From Callorhinchus milii (lineage: Eukaryota), in NCBI RefSeq assembly GCF_018977255.1, contig NW_024704742.1, positions 97,032,001 to 97,096,000 of the forward strand: 64,000 bases of DNA. Direction: 5' to 3'. Both the position numbers and the translations under genes were made by a program. Shown here in pieces: positions 54,141 to 64,000 of this stretch. How positions within the stretch are numbered: position 1 is the first letter of the stretch; the number at the start of each line of letters is the position of its first letter. Below the pieces are notes generated by a model, which was not told where the DNA came from, ran no database searches, and saw only the letters and a program-made list of their open reading frames with translations.

Positions 54141-54359
54141 ACTCGTCTTGTATTGAGCCTCATCTGCAGTCATTCACCTCATGAATAACAACCTGCATTC
54201 ATAAAGCGCCCTTCACGCAGGATACCATCTCAAGAGTGTATTAAACCTACAACTCTTACAGAGAATCGGACTCTTCCGTTATACTGGTTTCCTGCTTTTA
54301 TGCCACACTGTCAATTTGTCGGAGGTGCTTTTGATTCTGGAATAGATTGTGTAATTTAC

Positions 54360-55578
54360 AACAACAACAACAAGATTCCATTTATAGAGCGCCTTTCACG
54401 TCGGGAGGACGTCCCAAGGCGCTGTACAGTTGGGTCAGGACCCGAGCAGGGGGGAAATGGTCAGGGTGAGGGGAGGGAAGGGAGGGAGCGAGGAGGGCGT
54501 AGAGAGTCGAGAGGGGAGCTGAAGGCACGGTCAAAGAGAAAGGTCTTGAGACCGGCCTTGAAGGAGGAAAGGGAGGAGGCGGCGAAGGCACTGGGGGATA
54601 GAGTTCCAGAGCCTCAGGGCTGAGAGGCTGAAGGCCCGGCCACCGATGGTAGGGCGGTTGGGGCGGGGGATGTGGAGCAGACCGGAGCCAGAGGAACGGA
54701 GGGTACGGGCAGGTAGGTAGGGGGATAGTAGGTCAGAGAGGTAGGAGGGAGCAAGGCCGTGAATGGCCTTGTAGGTGAGGATGAGGATCTTGAATTCGAT
54801 CCTCTGGGGGATGGGGAGCCAGTGGAGGCGAGCGAGGGTGGGAGTGATGTGGTCCCGAAGCCTGGTGCGGGACAGTACACGAGCTGCAGAGTTCTGAATG
54901 ACCTGCAGCTTGTGGAGGGAGGTGGCGGGAAGGCCGGCGAGGAGAGAGTTCCCATAGTCCAGCCTTGAGGTGATAAAGGCGTGGACCAGGGTTTCAGCAG
55001 CGTGAGGGGTGAGGTAGTGCCGTAGTCTGGCGACATTCCGGAGGTGATGGAAGGCGGTGCCAGTTGTGGTGCGGATATGAGGAAGAAAGGACAGCTCAGG
55101 GTCGAACAGAACCCCGAGGTTCCTGACTGGCTTTGAGAGGTGGAGAGTGCAGCCTTGGATGCTGATGCTGTCAGCGCCTGAGGTGCGGAGGCGCTGACGT
55201 GAGCCAATCAGGAGGGCCTCAGTTTTGCGCACGTTGAGCTGAAGAAAGTTATCTCTCGTCCAGGACTCGATGTCGGACAGGCAGGCTGTCAGGACATTGG
55301 TGGTTGTGGAGTTGAGGGTAGAGGAGGAAAGGTAGAGTTGGGTGTCATCCGCATACATGTGGAAGTTAACCCCATGTCTGCGGATGATGTCACCAAGGGG
55401 GAGCATATAGAGGGTGAAGAGGAGGGGACCGAGGACAGAGCCCTGAGGGACACCGCACGAGACAGTGCGGGGGCCGGAGGAAAAGCCGTTCGTGGAAACG
55501 TTCGCAGCTGGGAGGCGACAACTTGTTCCAAGTCCTTGGACAGGGAGGAGAGGTTGGAGATGGGCCGGTAGCTTTTAC
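54360..55578 (-). mobile_element. Young L2-clade LINE, 5'-truncated, with open RT C-terminal ORF
   Basis: The 291-aa ORF contains [23 protein letters not shown] and [15 protein letters not shown], preceded by [13 protein letters not shown]. It has an (AAC)n tail at 54360 and TSD taatttac at 54352-54359 and 55579-55586. Confidence 0.95.
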
Positions 55579-56099
55579 TAATTTACTAATATTTTGTGAA
55601 ATTGGCAGAATTCCCATAGTAGACTGGAAAGAAAAATATTAAAAATGGCTGATATGGAACCCAGCATTGGTTACTTATGACTAATCTAATCTAGTTTACA
55701 ATAATTATCCTTGCATTTGATATAGCGCCTTATCAAGTCTTCGAGCCATCTCAAAGCGCTTCATAAAATGCGCTGTAAAATGAATTGACTGTATATTTTG
55801 TGCAAACCGTTTATAAAGGGTAAAACCGTTTACTGCAGAGTGGCAGGTGTTAACGTTTAAGTTAAAAGAGAATCATAAAGCAATAAAGATAATCTCACAG
55901 CAATAAAATCTTAGCACATGCCTCGGATTGCCATTCAGTTCCAAATTTCTTTTCATTCTGCATTTTTTAATTAGTCTAGCACCAGCTTGTTTTAAAGTAA
56001 AGTAAGTCTGCTTAACACAGAGTAATTACTATATAACATTTAAACACTTCTGTTGGCTGTTTAATTTTTACAGAACTTTTGACCCTTCAATTTTTTGAC

Positions 56100-56420
56100 C
56101 CTCCGCTCAGCCGGCTCTGGTCTGCTCCACGTCCCCCGACCCACCCGCCCCACCAATGGCGGGAGAGCCTTCAGCCACTCTGCCCCCAACCTCTGGGATT
56201 CCATCCCCCAATCACTCTGCCTCGCCCCCTCCTTAGCCTCCTTCAAGTCCCGACTCAAGACGCTCCTCTTCAACCACGCCATCGGCCAACCCCCCCCCTT
56301 CCCCTCCCCTGCCTTCCCCCCCGACCCCATCTCGGGTCTGAAATGCTATGCACTGTCTAGCGCTTTGGGACGTCCTCCAGACGTGAAAGGCACTTTACAA
56401 ATATAATTTTGTTATTGCTG
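56100..56420 (+). mobile_element. L2 3' fragment (different subfamily)
   Basis: LRSAGSGLLHVPR..GGRAFSHSAPNLWDSIP..FKSRLKTLLF, followed by an L2 tail. Confidence 0.88.
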
Positions 56421-57464
56421 TTTGTAATCCTCCATATTTTGGTTGGAAAGTGCTTCCAGATGATCCAATTTTAATCATAGCCTTTGAAAAGCCATATGGG
56501 GTATTTGAAGGTTGAATGCTTTGCTGCTCCTTTCTTAAGCAGTCTAATTCTGCACATGTTTCATTACTCCCTCAGAAACATTTTATACTTCCAAAGGAAG
56601 TGGAAACTATAAATTAGTTTTGTTGCTGCCTATGTGAAGATAACAAATCTGTTTTAGAAAATGGCTGAATTAATGTTGGAATTGTACAGATTAATAATTC
56701 ATTAATTAAATGAGCTGACTGTTGTTCCAATAATTGGAACAACATGTATGTATATCCACCATACATTATGGTGTAGTATAATTAGGCTTTGTGGTGGTAA
56801 TCCATTTTTTAATATTTTTAATTTTTGATGGAAATCTGATTTTTTTTGATAATTTAGCATTTGAAAGACACAATCACAGACAAATCAATATTCCAATGAT
56901 AATTCATCTGTATTTGTTTCCTGTATCAAGCTGTGAATTCAGCAACCTTCAATCTCGTCCACTCTGTCAAAATATATTTACTTGTAAATAGACATTTCCT
57001 ATTATAATAGTAATTCTTGCATTTGATATTGCGCCTCATTGTGTTGGTGAAACATCTTAAAGTGCTTCACAGGACTTACTGTAAAGTATAGTGGACTGTG
57101 TTTTTATAGGCAAACACAGCAGGAATTGTGCACAGAAGTGTCCCACAGCAATGAAATGTGTGACCAATGAAGAGCCTGTCAGCTCCCCAGCGTGCAAAGT
57201 TAGCTCATTTTACTTTTACCCTGTCAAATTTATAATACTGTTTGGTTTTGACGAATAACCAAGATACACGCATTAACAGCGTTTTGACATGTTTGGTTTG
57301 GCCACATTTGAGATCAGACAACCTTTGTGCTAGAACAAAATGTAGTTTAATGTTGCTTACATTAAAATGTTTTAAGTGAAACGACTTGTTTTCAAGAGCC
57401 TATGCTTTAAAGTTTTAATAGGAAAGATTGCAGAACAAAATATGTATACGTATTAGGAAGGAAC

Positions 57465-57542
57465 TTAGGAACATAGGAACAGGAGTCGGTTATTAAGCCC
57501 TTTGAGCCTGTTCCGCCATTCAATTAGATCATGGCTGATCTG
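57465..57542 (-). mobile_element. CR1 3' tail
   Basis: aacataggaacaggagtcggttattaagccctttgagcctgttccgccattcaattagatcatggctgatct. Confidence 0.75.
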
Positions 57543-57955
57543 AATTAGGTTACGCCTGATCATTTTGCTGCTGGCTTTACTCCCATATGATGGATAAAAT
57601 GGTAAAATAAACTTGGAATCGCTTAAAACATTAAACATGGCCATTAGCCATTAGATTGTAGAACAGTATGTAACTGGGTTTATACAGCCAATAATAGAGA
57701 CATTAGTAATGGAAAATGACTATCCTCTGGTGGGGGGAGGGGTGGGGGGGGGAAATAAGTAGGATCTCCAGCTGAGCTGACTCCAAGGTGACAGACAAGA
57801 TTGGCAATGGAATGTTGGAATCAGGTCGACCCTCTGTGGTGGTCTCAGTAGTCCACTTTGTGAGCCAGGGGTCCTCAAAAGCCTTCACAGGAATTACTGT
57901 AAAGTGCAAAGACTGTACATTCTTTGGGGGAAATTTTACACAGTGCATGTGTGTC

Positions 57956-59230
57956 AACAAGAACAAATTACCTGTATATAGTGCCATTCATGTCGGGAGG
58001 ACGTCCCAAGGTGCTGGACAGTCAGAGATTTTGATCTGAGCGAGGGTTTCATCGGAAGGGGTGGAGGGCAGGGAGGGTAGGGATAGGAGGGTGGCTCAAG
58101 GCGTGGTCGAAGAGAGAGTCTTGTGATGTGCCTTGAAGAACTTAAGGGAGGCATCAAGGCGAAGGGACTGTGGGCTGAAGTTCCAAAGGTGGGGGCAGAG
58201 AGGCTGAAGGCCCAACTGCGGATGGTGGGCGGGCTGGGCAGGGACACGGAGAGGTCCAGAGCCTGCTGAGGGGAGTGAACGGAAAGATCGATATGGGGTT
58301 AGCAGGTCACAATGTAGGAAGGAGCAAGATCATGGAGGGCTTTGAAGTTGAGAACGAGGATTTTGAACTCGATCCTCTGGAGTCACCAGGCTCTGTACCC
58401 TATCACCCCCATCCTCCCCCAACTCCACTGGCTTCTCATCACACAGAGGATACAGTTCAAGATTCTGGACCTTCAAAGCCCTCCATGGCCTTGCTCTACC
58501 CTATCTCTGCGACCTCCTAACCCTGTACAATCCTCAGTGGGCTCTGGCCTGCTTCACGTGCCCCGCCACGCTGCCCCACCATTGGCAGGTGGGGTTTCTC
58601 CCCCTCCGCCCCTACTCTCTTGAACTCAATCCCGAGGTCCATCTGCCTCGCCACCTCCCTTGCCTCCTTCAAGACCCATCTCAAGGCTCTCCTCTTCGAC
58701 TGTGCTTTTGATCTCCCTGCTTCCCCCCACTCTCCACCCTCACCAGTTCCACCCCCCCTCTCAGCTCGGGTCTGAAACACTGACTGTCCAGTGCCTTGGG
58801 ACGTCCTCCCGACATGAATTTTGTTGTTGTTGTTTTGTTGGATGGGGAGCTGGATGAGGATGGGGGTGATAAAGTCATGGAGCCTGGTGCGGGAGAGGAT
58901 AAAGGATGCAGAGTTTCTTGCCTAGATGTGATAAATGCATAGATGAGGATTTCAGCAGCCTGAGTGGTGAGGCAGTGACGGAGCCGGGCGATGCTGCGAA
59001 GGTGGGGGAAGGCAGAGCAGGTCATGGCACGGATGTGGGGTAGAAAGGACAGTTTAGGGTCAAACAAGACGCCAAGGTTCTGGACTGGCTTAGTAAGGTG
59101 GAGTGTGCATCCATGGATGCTGATGCTGTCGGCGCCTGGAGGTGTGGAGGCACAGACGGGAGCCAATCAGGAGAGAGTCTTGCCTCGGTCTTGTTGATGT
59201 TCAAACTGTAGAAAGCTATCCCTCATCCAG
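57956..59230 (-). mobile_element. Older L2 3' fragment split by an oppositely oriented L2
   Basis: 57956-58382 and 58840-59230 are colinear with the 54360 copy; ORF contains [19 protein letters not shown]. Confidence 0.85.
58385..58839 (+). mobile_element. L2 3' fragment nested in inverse orientation
   Basis: ITPILPQLHWLLITQRIQFKIL, ending in (TTG)n at ~58820-58839. Confidence 0.85.
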
Positions 59231-59919
59231 GACATTTTGTCAGGACAACAGTTTTCCTGAGATAGTGTTGTTATGTGGCGGCTTCGGTGCTGTGAAGTGA
59301 TTAGCTTTGCAGGAGACGTGAGCGATGAATAAACAAAGTTTGGTGGGCACGAGTTGGGCACTGTTGTCCAGTGTTACCTTACTTGTAAGTGAAATGATTC
59401 TATTCAGACTCAATCAGAGCAGACATGAGCTTGTAACATAAAACAACCCTCACAAATAAAGGGTATATAAAAGAGGAATGAGAGGAAAAGTGAAGCTGAG
59501 CTGAAGGTTATTTACAATCCAATGTTTTGTTTGTGCCATGTTGTGCGGTACGTTTAATACGAACAGGAAAACAAACAAGACGCCCATTTGATTGAAGAAC
59601 AGTGCAGTCATTTGCCCTCTCAGATAAAATGATACGTTTATAAAAAGGCATTTCCTGTTGTAATCACATCCAGTTTGCAGTTTATCCAACTAAAGCTGGA
59701 AATCCAGAATCTATCTGAGCTTAGGCTGAGCAAATTTTGTTGAAGAAAGTCCCACCTGATCCAATGCAGCTAAATGTTAGCTAACTCACAGTCCCCACCT
59801 CCTCCCGCCCCAGTTTCATAAAGATGTCTTGCAGGACTAGACATAACCTAAAAATCAGATAAGAAAAAGAACAGGGTTCTTGTTTCCAGAGCAATGTAAA
59901 AGGACCCTATTGGCTTATA

Positions 59920-60180
59920 AGAGATGTCAGTCTGGTTCAGATTGGAAGGTTGTGGATTCAACGTCTACATTGGGACGTACAGTTCAGGCTGACACTTCAC
60001 TACTGAGGAAGCTCTGTATTGACACTGTTGGACGTCTCGTCCTTTGGATGAAATGTTAAATCGAGGTTCTGTTTGCTTCTTTGAAAGTAAAGATCCTATA
60101 AACACTATTTGTGGGAAATTGTCTGCTGCATTTGCTTACAAATACAGTCAGTACATTTTAAAAAATATAGTGTTTTGAGG
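59920..60180 (+). mobile_element. DeuSINE-like copy
   Basis: Head aggttgtggattcaa, and cctttggatgaaatgttaaatcgagg..taaagatcctataaacactattt. Confidence 0.55.
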
Positions 60181-60437
60181 TATTATAGGTGCTAAATCAT
60201 TTGCAGAGATTATTATTACATATTGCAGTTGACTCTACAAATCCTGTTCATTATGTACAAATAACGCAAATTGAAAAGCTCCCCCTGCTTCCTTTCTCTC
60301 CAGTTGTTTGGTTATTAAAACAGCCTTTTAAAAAGGAATTGCTTTTGGAAAAAGGTGATGTCAATGTTAACTGTTATTAATTGTTACTCTCAATGATGTG
60401 CTCTCATTTCCGTTCAGTTTTGTTCCCTGTAAAAATG

Positions 60438-60672
60438 CCCCCCCCCCCCCCACACACACACACACAAAAAACACAAAACACACATACACACCACACACAC
60501 ACACAGAGCACACACACCACACAAAACACACACACACCACACAAAACACACACACACACCACAAAAAACACAAAACACACATACACACCACATACACACG
60601 AAGCACACACACCACACCCAAAGCACACACACACCACACACACACCACACAGAACACCCACACACCACACAC
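60438..60672. repeat. Poly-C followed by a degenerate (CA)n compound microsatellite
   Basis: C run, then cacacacaccacacaaaa-type units. Confidence 0.95.
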
Positions 60673-61204
60673 GTACTGGGTTTTCAATTCTTCTTTTAGA
60701 GAATGAATGTTAAATAAAACCTTTTTATTTTTCCTATTTTTTCTGTCCGGGTTCAAAGATTAACTTCAAAGCTTTCTGAACTTCGATTCCCATTTGGTGG
60801 AATGAAACTGCCAGTTTCTTTGCTGTCCTTTTGTTGAGTCAGATCTGTGCCATTTCTCAAGGTCTCAGTTGTGCAGAACAATTGCGAAGGTTACCTAAAA
60901 ACGTATCTTCAATTTGCTGAAGGCAGCAGGAGCTCCCACCTGTAAACATATGATATACAGCTGAGCACCTTTGCTCAGTTAATGTTGTGGAGAGAAACTA
61001 CTGTCCATAAAATTGTGTCTCAGTCACTCCTCCTGACCAACCTTTCATTCTTTTGTAATGGAGATGCATATTTTCTTCAGAGTTGTGTATTGTTTAAAAC
61101 ACCTATCAACTTTTAATCATCCTGTATCCCCATGGCCAGTGAAAATATTACAATCTTTCTTTCTTCACTGCAAACTAGAACATGAGCCCCTCGTCATTAC
61201 TTAA

Positions 61205-61392
61205 ATAAAAATAATAATAATCCTTGCATTTGATATAGTGGTTTTCACGTTTTCTAGACGTCTCAAAACGCTTCACAGAATATACTGTAAAGTGAATTGA
61301 CTGCATATTTTGTGGGCAAAACGTGGCAGCCATTTGTGCACAAGCAATGTCCCACAACAGGCGTGGATTGAAGTGATCAATTTATTATTGTT
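61205..61392 (-). mobile_element. SINE 3' half
   Basis: aataataatccttgcatttgatatag..gtggattgaagtgatcaatttattattg. Confidence 0.85.
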
Positions 61393-61944
61393 AAAAGACT
61401 TCATCTTAGAACCTCCCACTCAAGTTCATCTGAACTCTCTCCAACTCATCAATGACATTTAGAAAAATGTTCCAATTGTTGTCTTGCCAATAAGCTGTAT
61501 GGGGTAAAAATATCCCATCCCACAGTATTTTGAGAAGCACTCTAGAAATTCATTAGCCATTTTGCTATAATCTGTAGTTCTGTTTATTTGGCTTCTCATA
61601 ACTGGCAAGGAGATGGGGTATGTCCTATTATCCTGTGGTGGATTTGAACCTATCTTAGAGCTGATAACCTATAGTGTAGTCACTTCCTGTGCTATCTGTT
61701 CCCTTCACAGTTTTTCCTTGTAAACAATGATGGGAATATTATCAAATTTGTAATGGATATAAAATTGTTCTGGTAATGTAACCACTCGGAATAGAACCAG
61801 GTTATCAATGATAACATTTGGTGTAGCTTATTTTCAACAAGGAAAAAAAACAATTTCTATTGAATTCATTCTTATTTTGCTATTTCTTTCTGGAATGTCA
61901 CAAAGTCACTTTCAATTGTGAACAGCTTTGGTAATGCTAATAAA

Positions 61945-62290
61945 ATTATGATGATCCTTGATTTGTAATATAGCGCTTTCACCCAGGGGAGGTCTCAAGG
62001 TGCTTCAAAAGACCCACTGCAATGTGCAATGTGCATTTTACACACCAATTTGTATATAGCAATGTCCCATAATCAGACATGCAGTGAATGACCGGTTTTA
62101 TCTAGTGTCTGTAATAGGACACTCTTCTCAAATAGTGCCAAGGCAACCTCAGTTTAAAATCTAATCTAAAAGATGGCACCTCCTTTGGTTTGTTATCCTA
62201 TCCTAGACTATATGAGTTCAAAGTCCTGATGTGAGTCTTGAAGCCTTGTGACTCATAGGTAAGAATGCTACCAATCGAGGCAAACTGACA
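61945..62290 (-). mobile_element. DeuSINE-like copy
   Basis: ctcaaatagtgcca..cctcagtttaaaatctaatctaaaagatggcacctcc..gactcataggtaagaatgctaccaa. Confidence 0.55.
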
Positions 62291-62496
62291 CTTACACAAT
62301 GCACAAGTTTATAAATGCCACCTGTTCTTCCTCCCTTTTGTCATATAATAAACCATGGTAATCATAAATGTGGATACAAAATAGTGGCATAATAAAGATT
62401 TTGTATTTCTTCGAAGGATGCATTACTATGAAGGTTGCACAAATTAAGGTCTTCCCAGGATACTGTTGGTCACAGCACCTTTTGAAATGATTTATT

Positions 62497-62633
62497 ATAA
62501 TAATAATAATAATCCTTGCATTTGATATAGTGCTTATCACATCTTCGAGATGTCTCAAAGAGCTTCACTGTAAAGTGAATTGACTGTATTTTGTGGGCGA
62601 AACGCAAATTGTGCACAACAGTGTCCCACAAAC
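62497..62633 (-). mobile_element. SINE 3' part
   Basis: (aat)n-ccttgcatttgatatagtgcttatcac..cagtgtcccacaaac. Confidence 0.82.
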
Positions 62634-63619
62634 ATCCTACTTAAAGGCAAGAAATTATATCAAAACATCCTTCCATTGTATGGCTCTATGTTGCAACTAT
62701 TCCAGTTGCCATAGAGTGTAATTTAATGATCGGTTTGTCCTGCTTTATGCAACAACCCAACATTTTTTTTCGGTGACAAAAACGTTATTGTAAATGTTCA
62801 AAATGTTGCCTAAATACATTTACAGACTGTAGAGAGAATCAAAGTCAATTAGGGCAGGATAACTTTATGTCTTGCTGATCAAAAACCCAAACTCGCACAT
62901 GAGGGCACATCACTAAAAAAGGGCAGAATAGGTAAGTCTATTACCTGCCCTCAATCCTGTGTTTTCACTCTAGATGTTTGTGCAATGTTGTCATTTTCGG
63001 CATAAGCTCAGAAAATGTGTGGTTGAGTTATGGAGCAAATATGATGAAATGTGGTTCACTTTGTTGATACAAGGCTGACTGTTAATCACAAGCAAAAAAG
63101 CAACCATTGAACGTCTAAAATACCAATCAACCTGTTGATTAAAATGAGCCCATTTGTGGTGTCACCACTCAGCTCAATGATGTTTCTGGTGTTTCTGGGA
63201 GAGAGATAATTTAATCAAGCAATTTGCCTGATTCATATTAAAGGATGATATTAAATCATTTCAGTAACTGATTGATGAGTTTAATATCTTGAAGCAGGAC
63301 CTTTTCAAAGATCTCTAAATAGGACGCTTCCTATTAACCTCCAATAACATTGCTAAAAATATCCTGACCAATTTCTTTGATAAATTCTTCTGTGCAGCAA
63401 TTCCTATCAAGTGTTCTGTTTAAATGCTCTGTGTTGTTATTGACTTGATTGAACAAACAACTATTAGCTCACACAATCTGTACAATCATTTTAAAAATGA
63501 TCCACAATAAGGTCATTATAAAAAGATAAAGTGTTTGCTCAGGAGAAGAACTTCTAAATTCAAGCTGCTTATTGAACCGTAGTGCCAAACAGGCAGAAAT
63601 GGGTTTAGACATATATAGC

Positions 63620-63805
63620 ATACAACTTACATTTATATAGCGTCCTTCATGCTGGAGGGTGTCTCGGAATGTTTAACAGTGGTGGAGCCTGATGCCGAGC
63701 CAGTGGAGGTGGAAGGTGTGTCCGTAGGTATGGTTGGAGAGGAAGATCTTCAAATGCGACCTGAAAATGGAAAGGGGGCAAGGCAAAGGGATTGATGGAA
63801 ATCCT
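63620..63805 (-). mobile_element. Degenerate L2 3' end
   Basis: caacttacatttatatagcgtccttcatgctggaggg tail, and homology to 42660-42770. Confidence 0.65.
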
Positions 63806-64000
63806 TCAACAGTTGATCTAACCCAATTTATAAACACAATAATAAATAAAATGAATTTAGGGCACCATTTAGCTGATGTATTAGTTGGTTATATTTGGAT
63901 TTTTTGCGCCTGACTGTTGTTTGCAAACATTATTCACCCCTCATTGCCAGAATACAGGCCAGCTCAAAGCATTAGTGAATCAAAAATGAATATGTACTGC

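Noticed and set aside
54531..55406. Domesticated reverse transcriptase gene
   Set aside because: 5'-truncated, TSD-flanked, and near-identical to other young copies.
17928..55578. Antisense orientation bias of young L2 copies
   Set aside because: Only three or four copies, and older L2 copies occur on both strands.
60367..60756. His/Thr-rich and Cys/Val-rich ORFs
   Set aside because: Translations of a CA microsatellite.
1..64000. CRISPR array, operon or other prokaryotic system
   Set aside because: The sequence is intronic vertebrate DNA. The recurring motifs are dispersed retroposon tails, not regularly spaced repeats.

Overview
Eukaryotic (vertebrate) genomic DNA, not prokaryotic. The repeat content suggests a cartilaginous fish, probably a chimaera (inferred from recalled repeat families, not from a search). 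The only host coding sequence I can support is one 185-bp internal exon at 42274-42458 (+). It encodes the P-loop and start of the helical domain of a Gq-class G-alpha subunit, best matching exon 2 of GNA14. I saw no other exon, so the window is most likely all intron 1 (>42 kb) and intron 2 (>21 kb). The rest is layered retroelements: young L2-clade LINE 3' fragments with (AAC/TTG)n tails and TSDs, older L2 and CR1 fragments, a tRNA-Ala-like SINE with an L2-type tail, Deu-domain SINEs, another old SINE-like family, MITE-like inverted repeats and an unclassified ~550-bp repeat. The most notable non-coding signal is an intact-looking minimal hammerhead ribozyme motif of the Penelope-element type at 13051-13087. 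I found no evidence for a wholly new multi-gene system. Repeat boundaries are by eye and approximate unless a TSD is given.
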